From contig JADJRF010000005.1 of the NCBI GenBank assembly GCA_016712355.1, forward strand, positions 2,255,819 through 2,319,818: a stretch of DNA of 64,000 nt. The letters run 5' to 3'. Made by a program: the position numbers and the translations under genes. Shown piece by piece: positions 18,861 to 27,870 of this stretch. Numbering within the stretch: position 1 is the first letter of the stretch; each line of letters opens with the position of its first letter. The notes beneath the pieces are model-generated. The model was not told where the DNA came from and did no database searches. It worked only from the letters and a program-made list of their open reading frames with translations. The stretch comes from Vampirovibrionales bacterium (GTDB lineage Bacteria > Cyanobacteriota > Vampirovibrionia > Vampirovibrionales > Vampirovibrionaceae).

Positions 18861-20162
18861 ATGCATAAAAGTGTTATTTCGATGTTACTGGGCTCTCTTA
18901 TCCTGCTCTTATGTATTGCAGGAGTGACATTCTGGAGTCAGTCGGAAGCGGGACGCGCAAAGGAGCAGCTCTATCGCTCGCTCACCATTCGCGAACAAAT
19001 GACGTATTTGTTTTTTCTTGTGCTTGACATGGAATCAAATACCCGTGGATACGCCATTACGGGTAAAAAAAGCTTTCTGGAGCCGTTCGCCAACGCACGC
19101 TCTCAGGTGAGGTCCGTCAAAACAGGTTTGATGTCAATTGCCAAGGATAGAAGGGTGATCCAGCAATTACCGTCTCTGTTTACGTTGATCGACCAAAAAA
19201 TTACCCACATGGAGCGAATCATTGATCAACCCTCGCAGCAGGACGCTCGACTCATTGTGCTCACAGGCCAAGGACAGCTGCTATCAGGGCAGATCCGCCA
19301 AAAGATCGACGCGCTGGGCGCTATCGAAACCAAGCTCCAGCGAGATGCCTTAACCGACAGCAAAAACGCAGACTGGTGGTCCCGCGCTTTAATGGGACTG
19401 GGGTTTCTCTTGGCGACTTCGCTTCAGCTCTGGGCGTTTTACCTGCTCAGCCGCGAAATTCATCAACGTCAGCAGATGAATGATGATTTAGGCAAACTCA
19501 ATAAAGAGCTGGAAGCCTTCAGTTACTCGGTTTCTCACGATTTACGCGCGCCCCTGCGCAGCATTTCTGGATTCAGTCAGGCGCTGCTGAGCCATAAAGC
19601 GTCACTGTTAGATGACGAGGCCCGTGAATTTCTGGATCGCATTATGGCCAACTCCCAGCGCATGGGCAGCCTGATTGACGACTTACTGCAATTATCGCGA
19701 CTCTCCCGCGCCGAACTCAACAAGCAGGAGATTAATCTCTCGCAGATGGCCCAAGCCATCGCCGCCGATTTGAAAACAACCCACCCGGAACGTTCGGTCG
19801 AAATCGCCATTGCGCCCGATCTCACGGCCACGGCCGATAAAGCGCTGATATATGCGGTTCTTGAAAATCTCATCGGCAACGCGTGGAAATTCACTGCCAA
19901 GGCCAGCCACGCCCAGATCCGTGTCGGACAACGTCTTGAAGGCGATCGAAACGTCTTTTTCGTCCAGGATAACGGCGCCGGCTTCGATATGAAATACGCG
20001 CACAAGCTCTTCGGCGCGTTTCAGCGCCTGCATTCGGTTTCAGAGTTTGCCGGCAACGGGATTGGGCTGGCTACCGTCCAACGGATTCTGCATCGCCACG
20101 GGGGATCCATCTGGTGCGAAGGCGAGCCCGGCAAAGGCGCTACGTTCTCGTTTACGTTATAA
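18861..20162 (+). CDS. CHASE3-domain sensor histidine kinase
   Basis: 433 aa with an N-terminal TM. The periplasmic segment has a CHASE3 signature (NTRGYAITGKKSFLEPF). A second TM follows. The HisKA H-box is SHDLRAPLRSI, and the HATPase has N/G boxes (NAWKF, DNGAGFD, GNGIGL). Confidence 0.85.
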   Translation: MHKSVISMLLGSLILLLCIAGVTFWSQSEAGRAKEQLYRSLTIREQMTYLFFLVLDMESNTRGYAITGKKSFLEPFANARSQVRSVKTGLMSIAKDRRVIQQLPSLFTLIDQKITHMERIIDQPSQQDARLIVLTGQGQLLSGQIRQKIDALGAIETKLQRDALTDSKNADWWSRALMGLGFLLATSLQLWAFYLLSREIHQRQQMNDDLGKLNKELEAFSYSVSHDLRAPLRSISGFSQALLSHKASLLDDEAREFLDRIMANSQRMGSLIDDLLQLSRLSRAELNKQEINLSQMAQAIAADLKTTHPERSVEIAIAPDLTATADKALIYAVLENLIGNAWKFTAKASHAQIRVGQRLEGDRNVFFVQDNGAGFDMKYAHKLFGAFQRLHSVSEFAGNGIGLATVQRILHRHGGSIWCEGEPGKGATFSFTL

Positions 20163-20199
20163 TGCCCGTACTGGGAACAATGCCATAAAGGAGCGCGTC

Positions 20200-20673
20200 A
20201 TGGAAAAACGAAGCACCATCCTCCTTGTTGAAGACAACCCGGATGACGAACGCTTAACGTTGATGGGCTTTCGCGAAAATAACATTTTAAATCCCATTAA
20301 AGTCGCGCGCGATGGCGCCGAAGCCATCGACTTTATTAGCGGCCAGGGCGCATACGCCGACCGCGATCCGTCGACGCCTCCGCAACTGATTGTGCTGGAT
20401 CTCAAGTTGCCCAAAGTCGACGGCATTGAGGTTCTGCGCTATATTCGCACGTCTCCCTTTACACAATTCACGCCGGTCGTCATTCTGACGTCTTCGCGAG
20501 AAGAAAAAGATCTGGTGGAAAGCTATCGCCTCGGCGTCAACGCATATGTTCAAAAGCCGATTGATTTTCTGGAATTTACGCAGGCGGTTAAGCATCTGGG
20601 CATGTTCTGGCTGCTGTTAAACGAAATTCCGTACCAGTCTCAGGCCCAAGCACTCAGCCCCCTTCATGGCTAA
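20200..20673 (+). CDS. single-domain response regulator (CheY-like receiver)
   Basis: Starts at MEKRSTILLVEDNPDDE with an AAAGGAG SD 5 nt upstream. Receiver residues are present (DD...D in VLDLKLP...K). There is no output domain. It overlaps the next gene by 8 nt. Confidence 0.85.
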   Translation: MEKRSTILLVEDNPDDERLTLMGFRENNILNPIKVARDGAEAIDFISGQGAYADRDPSTPPQLIVLDLKLPKVDGIEVLRYIRTSPFTQFTPVVILTSSREEKDLVESYRLGVNAYVQKPIDFLEFTQAVKHLGMFWLLLNEIPYQSQAQALSPLHG

Positions 20674-21823
20674 CGCGCTGCGCGTCCTGCTGGTTGAAGA
20701 CAACGAAAGCGACGCCCTTCTCATTCATAATCAACTCCGATACGACGCGCAGATCGAGCTCACCCGGTTTCATCGCATCGAAAATGCTGCTGAATTAGAC
20801 CAGGCCCTGCAAAACGAGCCGTGGGATATTGTGCTGTCAGATTACAATTTGCCCAGCTTTAGCGGCCCTGACGCGCTGGCGCTGACCAAGCAGCATCACC
20901 CCCATCTTCCGTTTATTCTGGTGTCCGGCAAAATCGGCGAAGAAACCGCCGCCGCCGCCCTCAAGGCCGGAGCCAGCGACTATCTGCTCAAAGACCGGCT
21001 CTCCAAACTATCGCGCGTCGTACTGCGCGAAATTGACGAGGCCGAACAACGCCGCTTATTAGCCCAGGCCCAGCAAGATTTAGCCAAAGCCAAGGAATTC
21101 GCCGAACAGGCCAATCGCCGTAAAAGCCAGGTGCTGGCGTTTGTCGCGCATGAGTTTAAAAACCCGCTGCACGCTATTCAGCTTTTTACGGATATTCTGA
21201 AATCTTCTTCGGCGCAAGGCGCTCTGAGCGACGGCCATCAACAGGCGATTCACAGCATTGAGCGCGCTCTTCATCAGCTTCAGGGCCTTGTCGGGGATAT
21301 TCTGGATATCGCCGCGATTGAGGCGGGCAAAATCCGTTTGGCGATGCAGTCGGTGGCGCTCAATGAGGTTATTGAAGAAGCCCTCCTGATCGTCGGCGAG
21401 CAGGCCAGGCGGCGATCCATGACGCTCCATTTTTCGCCGCTGGCGTCACTGCCACGCATCACGGCCGATCCACAGCGCCTGCGGCAAGTGTTTATCAATC
21501 TGCTGAGCAACGCTATTAAATATTCGCCTGAGGGCGGCGCGGTCATGATCTCGCAAGATTGGGATGCGCCCGACGGCTACGTGCGGACGCATTTTCAGGA
21601 TCAGGGCGCGGGTATCGACGAAGCGGCGCTGAAACAACTTTTTCAGGAATTCTATCGCGTCTACAGCACGCTGCATTCCCAGCAGGAAGGCGTCGGGCTG
21701 GGGCTGGCGCTCAGCAAAACGCTGGTTGAATTGCATCACGGGGAGATTCTGGTCAAGAGCGAGCCGGACAAGGGCTCGACCTTCAGCGTTCTGTTACCTG
21801 TTTGCCAGCCGTCGCCGGACTGA
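20666..21823 (+). CDS. hybrid response regulator / histidine kinase (N-terminal REC, then HisKA and HATPase)
   Basis: 385 aa. The REC is VLLVEDNESDA...VLSDYNLP...SGK. The H-box is FVAHEFKNPLHAI. The HATPase motifs are NAIKYSP, DQGAGID and GVGLGLAL. Confidence 0.85.
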   Translation: MANALRVLLVEDNESDALLIHNQLRYDAQIELTRFHRIENAAELDQALQNEPWDIVLSDYNLPSFSGPDALALTKQHHPHLPFILVSGKIGEETAAAALKAGASDYLLKDRLSKLSRVVLREIDEAEQRRLLAQAQQDLAKAKEFAEQANRRKSQVLAFVAHEFKNPLHAIQLFTDILKSSSAQGALSDGHQQAIHSIERALHQLQGLVGDILDIAAIEAGKIRLAMQSVALNEVIEEALLIVGEQARRRSMTLHFSPLASLPRITADPQRLRQVFINLLSNAIKYSPEGGAVMISQDWDAPDGYVRTHFQDQGAGIDEAALKQLFQEFYRVYSTLHSQQEGVGLGLALSKTLVELHHGEILVKSEPDKGSTFSVLLPVCQPSPD

Positions 21824-21913
21824 TCCCATTATAAGGCCGGCCTCTTGGGGGCCGTTCCCGCCCCCAAGAGGCTGACTTTATCATGGGATCATACTCGACG
21901 GAGGGCCTCGCCA

Positions 21914-22681
21914 TTAATCGGCCAGCGGGCCTTCCAGTGACGCCTGAGAAAACTGACGGGCGTAAGGATTGTCACTGCTCAGCAACTCTTTCGGCGAGCC
22001 GCTCCATTGCACCACACCCTCGTGCAGCAGTAACACCCGGTCCGCCGTGCGCTGGATCGTCGAATGCTGGTGAGTGACGACCACGCTGGCAGCGCCCAAT
22101 TCGTCGCGCAGCTTTAAAATATAATCTTCAATCATTGTCGAAGCGATGGGATCCAGGCCTGCGGTCGGCTCGTCGTAGAGAATAATACGCGGATTGCTCA
22201 TAATGGCGCGCGCAAAACTGACGCGTTTTTTCATCCCGCCGGACAGCTCGCTGGGCAATTTATCCTCGATGCCTTCAAGCCCGACAAGCCGCAGTTTTTC
22301 TTCCGCCTGCGCGCGAATTTCGCGCGGTTTAAGCGTCGGGCGTTTTTTCTGGCGTTGATCCGGTTCTTCAAGGAGCGAGAAGGCCACGTTCTCAAATACA
22401 TTGAGCGAATCAAACAGCGCCGAATACTGAAACACAAACGCCACATTGGGATCGCCCAGAATAATCTCGCCATCGTCCGGCGTTTCCAGCCCGCCAATGA
22501 GCTTGAGAAGCGTGCTTTTGCCGCAACCGCTCACGCCGATGATACAAACAACCTCGCCCTCGCTCACCTCCATGCTGATGTCGCGAATGACGGGATGCTC
22601 GCCATACGACTTGCTGACGTGTCGAACATCGATCAGCAAATCGTCAGAGGAGGGGGACAATTCGGGCGCGGTTTGAGCCAT
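21914..22681 (-). CDS. mlaF: ABC transporter ATP-binding protein, MlaF-like
   Basis: Trimmed to the Met (MAQTAPEL...) whose ATG overlaps the mlaE stop (ATGA-type coupling). Walker A is GVSGCGKST. The ABC signature LSGGMKKRVSFARA and a Walker B/D-loop are present. Confidence 0.8.
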   Translation of the reverse strand: MAQTAPELSPSSDDLLIDVRHVSKSYGEHPVIRDISMEVSEGEVVCIIGVSGCGKSTLLKLIGGLETPDDGEIILGDPNVAFVFQYSALFDSLNVFENVAFSLLEEPDQRQKKRPTLKPREIRAQAEEKLRLVGLEGIEDKLPSELSGGMKKRVSFARAIMSNPRIILYDEPTAGLDPIASTMIEDYILKLRDELGAASVVVTHQHSTIQRTADRVLLLHEGVVQWSGSPKELLSSDNPYARQFSQASLEGPLAD

Positions 22682-23502
22682 TACAGGGCGCTCCCGTAAA
22701 TCAGATACGTCAGAATATAATCGCACACGGCGACCGATAAGAAGGACCAGACCACGGCGCGGGTGGTCGCCACGCCCACGTCTTTTGCGCCACCGCGCGT
22801 ATTCAGCCCAATACTGGTCGACAGAATCGCGATCAGAAAGCCGAAGACGCTTGATTTGATCAGCATCGCGCCCACGTCGCGAAACGACGTCTGACGCCAC
22901 ACTGAATCTAAATACGCCAGAAACTGAACGTCCGCCAGCCAGTAACTAATCACCATTCCGGCCAGAATACCGACGATGGCGGTCATCAGCGTCATCATCG
23001 GCGTCACGAGGATGCTCGCCAGAACGCGCGGCAAGGCGAGATAACGCGCCGGACTCATCTGCAACGTCCGCAAGGCGTCAATCTGGCTTGTAATACGCAT
23101 GGTCGACAGCTCTGCGGCAAAAGCCGAGCCCGCCATGGCCGTGATGGCCACCCCGGTCATAATCGGGGCCAACTCGCGCAGCACCGCCAGCGAGACCAGC
23201 GCGCCCACGTATTCGCCCGCGCCCTGGCGCGCCATCTCTTGGGCCACCTGAAGCGCGATCACCATCGCAGAAAACGTCACCAGAATCATCGACACGCCCA
23301 GCGCGTCGACGCCCACAAACGCAGCCTGATCCATCGTATGACGCCAGCCAATACGCCCGCGCACCAGAAAACCGAACATCTGCCCGGCCAGAACCACGGT
23401 TTCGCCAATGGTCCTGAAAAAACTGACGCTGCCGCGCCCCACGCCGCTTAAGGCGCGACGCGTAAAGGGAAACCAGGGACGACGAGAGTGAGAATCAGAC
23501 AT
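22681..23502 (-). CDS. mlaE: ABC transporter permease, MlaE family
   Basis: 273 aa with multiple TM segments. The composition is typical MlaE/YrbE/TGD1-type. It sits upstream of, and is translationally coupled to, the ATPase gene. Confidence 0.8.
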   Translation of the reverse strand: MSDSHSRRPWFPFTRRALSGVGRGSVSFFRTIGETVVLAGQMFGFLVRGRIGWRHTMDQAAFVGVDALGVSMILVTFSAMVIALQVAQEMARQGAGEYVGALVSLAVLRELAPIMTGVAITAMAGSAFAAELSTMRITSQIDALRTLQMSPARYLALPRVLASILVTPMMTLMTAIVGILAGMVISYWLADVQFLAYLDSVWRQTSFRDVGAMLIKSSVFGFLIAILSTSIGLNTRGGAKDVGVATTRAVVWSFLSVAVCDYILTYLIYGSAL

Positions 23503-23952
23503 TTTTCAGCAGAGCAGGGGCTTTAACAGCAACTTTCAAAGGCAAACAGGGACAGGCTGAACAGCGAACGCCGCCATGGCAAGACGCGCGCCGTTTCCCT
23601 TTCATCATATCATCGCCCAAAATACGCCCCGCCACGACCCTGCTCTGATGGCTACGTTTTGTAATGAGCATTGTAACGACGGCTAATCTTTCTTCTACCC
23701 GAGCGGATAGTACCCAAAAGCCCATTTTCAAATCGGCCTCGCAATGGCATACTCATAACTACGGCGTCCCGGCTGAATGGGGTATATAGACAATGCCCGA
23801 AGCATTGACTGCGAGAAGCGGGACGCCGTGTCCATCTTCTTTACGAATTTCTGCAGACCTTCGATCAGACCCGACTTAAGGATTTTTCGCCAGGCGACCG
23901 TGATAGGCGCATGGGCTGCATTTGTTAACAGCATTCACCTGCTAAGGGTTTA

Positions 23953-23995
23953 CTGACAGCCATTCAACGGAGGGCCGGCTGTCAGTTTTGTTTTG
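23953..23995 (+). terminator. plus-strand intrinsic terminator with no annotated plus-strand gene upstream
   Basis: CTGACAGCC ... GGCTGTCAG is a 9-bp perfect stem with a 15-nt loop, followed by TTTTGTTTTG. It sits in the 500-bp mlaE-xerC intergenic region. On the minus strand the hairpin is followed by a non-U-rich tail. Confidence 0.45.
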
Positions 23996-24006
23996 AGAAT
24001 TTTCCG

Positions 24007-25041
24007 TTACCCGGCGCAAGCGTCTCCCGACGGCTTGCTATCTGCCTGCTGCGCTCTGGGGTGCGCTCCCAGATAAGCGCGGCGCAGGCGCTCCGTGCTG
24101 ACATGGGTATAGATCTGCGTGCTGCGGATGCTCGCATGCCCAAGCAGCTCCTGGACCACGCGTAAATCCACCCCATGATTCAGCAAATGGGTCGCAAACC
24201 CGTGGCGAAACATATGCGGATGAACCGCCTTGCCCAGGGACGCCGCCTCTGCCAGCGCATTCAGGATCCGGGCCACGCTGCGCGCGGTCATCCGTCCGCC
24301 CCGGCTGTTTTGAAAGACGGCTCGTTGTCGCGCATCGGGCCGCAGGGCAATGGTTTGACGCAGGGCAGACAACGCGCGGTCGCTGACAAATGCGACCCGT
24401 TCGTGTCCCCCTTTGCCCGTCACGCGCAGCTCAGCGTTTTCCCAGGCGATATCGTCGGTATTCAGCGACACGAGTTCGCTGACGCGCAACCCTGACGAGA
24501 ACAACGCATCGACAATAGCGCGCGCGCGAACGGCTTTCGCGTCATGCCCGGTGAGATGATGCCCGTCGTCATGGGATCCGTCAGCTTCAAACGGGTCGGC
24601 GGCGCGCAGTAAGCGATCGACTTCTTCCTCACTGAGAAAATCCGGCAAGCGCTTGAGCGTCTTGGGGCGACGGAATTGCAACGGCAGCGTCGCGGCCTCT
24701 ACGTAGTGCTCACGCGCCAGAAACTTGAAAAACGTCCGAACCGCCGACATGCGTCGCGCAACGCTGGTACGTGACAGCCCGCGATTGGCCAGCGCCCCCA
24801 TATAGCGATTCGGCGTTTCGCGCAAGGCTTGGGCAAAGCCCGCCGGCGATATCAGCGACTGATCGCCCAGCGCCTCGCGCAAGGTCTGACGCAGCCATGG
24901 CAGAAAATCCTGCAAGTCGGCTTCGTAGGCGCGCAGCGTATGCGGCGATAAATTGCGGTTGAGGGCGATATAGGTCGTAAAGGCTTGCGCGCCCTCGTCA
25001 AATGGCGCCAGCGCGCTTTCCAGATCACCCTCTATCCGCAT
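24007..25041 (-). CDS. tyrosine site-specific recombinase, XerC/XerD family
   Basis: 344 aa. The C-terminal catalytic region is [41 protein letters not shown] (R..H..R..Y signature). There is an N-terminal SAM-like DNA-binding domain. Confidence 0.85.
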   Translation of the reverse strand: MRIEGDLESALAPFDEGAQAFTTYIALNRNLSPHTLRAYEADLQDFLPWLRQTLREALGDQSLISPAGFAQALRETPNRYMGALANRGLSRTSVARRMSAVRTFFKFLAREHYVEAATLPLQFRRPKTLKRLPDFLSEEEVDRLLRAADPFEADGSHDDGHHLTGHDAKAVRARAIVDALFSSGLRVSELVSLNTDDIAWENAELRVTGKGGHERVAFVSDRALSALRQTIALRPDARQRAVFQNSRGGRMTARSVARILNALAEAASLGKAVHPHMFRHGFATHLLNHGVDLRVVQELLGHASIRSTQIYTHVSTERLRRAYLGAHPRAQQADSKPSGDACAG

Positions 25042-25087
25042 CCCGCTATTATAACGCCCGAACCCACAAGCCGACGCGGCTCAAGCC

Positions 25088-25618
25088 TTAAATTTCGAGC
25101 GCGCTTTGAATCATGCTCTTGGCCGACTGCAAGGCCGTGACATTGGCCTCATAAGCCCGCGTAGCGGAAATCATATCGACCATTTCGCTGACCACATTGA
25201 TGTTGGGCAGCTCGACGTAGCCTTGCGCGTCGGCGTCTGGGTGAGACGGGTCGAAGACTTTACGCATCGGCGTCCTGGAATCGTCAGTAATTGCGTCGAC
25301 CTGCACCCCAACCCCGCCCGCCGGGCTGGCGGAAATACTGGCGCGCAGCATCGGCTTGCCGTCGGGACCGATGCTCATGCCACTGGAGCCACTGGTCATT
25401 TCCAGCGCGCCGTCGCCGCGTCCGCCTTTGGAAGCGGCCGCAAACGATTGCGAAGCTTCATTGAGCAACGGCGCAAACACCACGTTTTTGCGCCGATACG
25501 CGCCGATAGAGCCATCGGCCTTGCGCGTCGTGTTGACGTTGGCCAGATTACCCGCAATCACGTCGAGCCGCAGGCGCTGAGCGCTGAGAGCGGAGCCGGT
25601 AACGTCAAAAATATCCAT
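25088..25618 (-). CDS. flgC: flagellar basal-body rod protein FlgC
   Basis: N-terminus MDIFDVTGSALSAQRLRLDVIAGNLANVNTTR and C-terminus YVELPNINVVSEMVDMISATRAYEANV are the classical rod-protein signatures. Confidence 0.9.
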   Translation of the reverse strand: MDIFDVTGSALSAQRLRLDVIAGNLANVNTTRKADGSIGAYRRKNVVFAPLLNEASQSFAAASKGGRGDGALEMTSGSSGMSIGPDGKPMLRASISASPAGGVGVQVDAITDDSRTPMRKVFDPSHPDADAQGYVELPNINVVSEMVDMISATRAYEANVTALQSAKSMIQSALEI

Positions 25619-25625
25619 CTATCGC

Positions 25626-26090
25626 CTAGCCCCCGTTGCTGATAACGGTTCGCGTACTGCGGAAAATCCGGCTCTGAAGGTTGCTCAGCGCCAGATAGCG
25701 CTCAGTATTACGCGCCAGACTGACCATTTCGCCTTCCACATCGACGCCGTTGCGGTCATTGCGGAACTGTTCGCCGTCTCGCTCGTTGAGCTGCGGCTGT
25801 ACCTGCTGCAGCGACTCAGGCGCCGCATCCAGCGCGATATGGCTGGCTGAAGACGCGCGCATCGCCAGCGGGCGCGAATTATCGGCCTGTTGCGAGCCGT
25901 CTGACTGTCGCGCTTCAATGGCCGAGCGCAATTGCGACTCAAACGACACTTCCCGCTTTTTATAGCCGGGCGTGTCGACGTTGGCCAGATTACTGGCAAT
26001 GGCGGTATGCCGCAGCGCGAGCCCATCCAGCGATTTGCCCACGACGTCGCTCGTAAACGAGGACACCCAATCCATCAACATCATTCCCAC
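25626..26090 (-). CDS. flgB: flagellar basal-body rod protein FlgB
   Basis: LALRHTAIASNLANVDTPGYKKREVSFE ... VDVEGEMVSLARNTERYLALSNL. The start may be one of the Met at residues 4-6. Confidence 0.85.
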   Translation of the reverse strand: MGMMLMDWVSSFTSDVVGKSLDGLALRHTAIASNLANVDTPGYKKREVSFESQLRSAIEARQSDGSQQADNSRPLAMRASSASHIALDAAPESLQQVQPQLNERDGEQFRNDRNGVDVEGEMVSLARNTERYLALSNLQSRIFRSTRTVISNGG

Positions 26091-26240
26091 GTCACGCGTA
26101 CATCTGTATAGTGTTAGTCTAGGGCCGCTTGCGGGCGCTTTCCTCGTTCATCTGGAGGAGTTTGGCGGCTGGAGCGCTGCCAGGCTTTTGAAGATTTTGC
26201 CAGACGCGCATCGCGCGCCGAAACAGGAAACGTTCTTGCC

Positions 26241-26651
26241 ATGGACACGCTCACGCCGGATCAGCGTCGCCGAACCATGCGCCGGGTGCGCAGCCGCGAC
26301 ACCGGCCCCGAACGCCGCGTTCGTCGCGCCTTATGCGCCATGGGCGCACGCTATCGCCTCCACCGCCGGGATCTTCCCGGCGCGCCCGATATCGTATTCA
26401 GCGCGCAGCGCAAGGCGATTTTCGTCCACGGCTGCTTCTGGCACAGCCATACGTGCAAGGCGGGGCGCAACACGCCGCGTTCAAACCAGGATTACTGGGA
26501 CGCCAAACTCGCCCGCAACCGCGCTCGTGACGCCGATCATCTCGCGCGCCTCCGGGCCGACGGATGGCGCGTCCTGATTCTGTGGGAATGCGAACTGAAG
26601 GATGCCGACGCATTGGCCCGCGCGCTGGCGGCATTTCTCGCCAAGGCTTAG
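26241..26651 (+). CDS. vsr: very-short-patch repair endonuclease
   Basis: 136 aa. Carries the Vsr motif DTGPERRVRRAL...PGAPDIVFSAQRKAIFVHGCFWHSH and a C-terminal ...WRVLILWECEL. Confidence 0.85.
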   Translation: MDTLTPDQRRRTMRRVRSRDTGPERRVRRALCAMGARYRLHRRDLPGAPDIVFSAQRKAIFVHGCFWHSHTCKAGRNTPRSNQDYWDAKLARNRARDADHLARLRADGWRVLILWECELKDADALARALAAFLAKA

Positions 26652-26659
26652 CTTTGGAA

Positions 26660-27847
26660 TCAGGGCAGACGGGGCAGCGCGTCGGCCAGCGCGCCTGCGA
26701 CTGTCTGCGAGGCGCTCTGCGAGCCTAGCGCGTCTCGAATGCGCGCATATCCCGCCCTTAATGCCTCTCTTTCGGGCGTATCCGGGAGCAGTAAGGGTTG
26801 AATATCCTCGCTCAGGCGCTGCGGCGTCACGGATTCCTGCAAGCGCTCTATCACAAAGGGATGATACGGATCAGTGAGAATGTTCGGCAAGCCAATACTG
26901 GGCAAAAGGCATACGCGGCGGGCAATAGCCGCAAACAGAGGGTGCCCGCGATACACGATAATCATTGGCGTCTGATACAGCGCAGCTTCCAGCGTCGACG
27001 TACCGGATTTCACAATAGCCGCATCGGCGATGGAAAGCAGCGCGCGCGCATCGCCGTCAATAAACCTCAGCGGCGGACGCCCCTCGCGCCGGTAAGCCTG
27101 TTGCAAGGCGCGATCAAACGCCGTGAGCGAGAGAGCTGACGAGCGCGACAGGGCCAGTTGCGGCGCCTGAAGACCCATGGTCTCCTGAAGCCGCCGCCCG
27201 GCGCCAATCAGCGGGGCGAGCAGATACGAGATTTCCATCCCCCGCGACCCGGGCAGCAGAGCCAGCACGGGCCGGGCCGGATCAAGCCCATGTTCGGCGC
27301 AAAACGCGACGCGATCGGCAGGCGGCGGCAAAACGCCCGTCAGCGGATGACCCGCATAGGTCACCGGCACGCCGTGCGTCTCATAGAGCGCAACCTCAAA
27401 CGGAAAGATGCAGAACACCCGGTCCACATGCGCCTGAATCCGCCGGATGCGTCCGGGACGCGACGCCCAGATTTGCGGCGGAATAAAATACCAGAGCGCG
27501 GGCGAATCGGCCCCAAATCGACGGCGAATCTGCTCTGCAAGCAGCAGATTAAAGCCGCCGTAGTCGATCAGCAAGACAATCTGCGGCTGAAAATCCTCCA
27601 GAAAGCGCAAAATCTGGCGCCCCAGACAATAATGATGCCAGGCGCCCCACACAGCGCCCGCGCCGACGCGCCCCATCCCGGTCTGATCGGCGATCAATCG
27701 CACGCCTTGCGCCGCAAGCGACGCGCCGCCCACTGCGGCAATTTCCACATCCGGCCGCAAGGCCCGCAACTTGGCCACGACGCTGGCCGCATGCTGATCC
27801 CCCGAGGGATCCCCGGTGATGATCGCCAAGCGAGTGACGCGATTCAT
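26660..27847 (-). CDS. lpxB: lipid-A-disaccharide synthase
   Basis: 395 aa. The N-terminus LAIITGDPSGDQHAASVVAKLRAL is typical LpxB, as is the overall GT-B fold composition. Confidence 0.9.
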   Translation of the reverse strand: MNRVTRLAIITGDPSGDQHAASVVAKLRALRPDVEIAAVGGASLAAQGVRLIADQTGMGRVGAGAVWGAWHHYCLGRQILRFLEDFQPQIVLLIDYGGFNLLLAEQIRRRFGADSPALWYFIPPQIWASRPGRIRRIQAHVDRVFCIFPFEVALYETHGVPVTYAGHPLTGVLPPPADRVAFCAEHGLDPARPVLALLPGSRGMEISYLLAPLIGAGRRLQETMGLQAPQLALSRSSALSLTAFDRALQQAYRREGRPPLRFIDGDARALLSIADAAIVKSGTSTLEAALYQTPMIIVYRGHPLFAAIARRVCLLPSIGLPNILTDPYHPFVIERLQESVTPQRLSEDIQPLLLPDTPEREALRAGYARIRDALGSQSASQTVAGALADALPRLP

Positions 27848-27870
27848 ACCCTCAAAACCACGCGCGCGAA

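Noticed and set aside
26091-26240. Sigma54- or sigma28-type flagellar promoter upstream of flgB
   Set aside because: Only partial GG/GC spacing matches (TGGCGG...GCGCTGC) on the wrong strand for flgB. No convincing TGGCAC-N5-TTGC or TAAA-N15-GCCGATAA motif could be assigned by eye.
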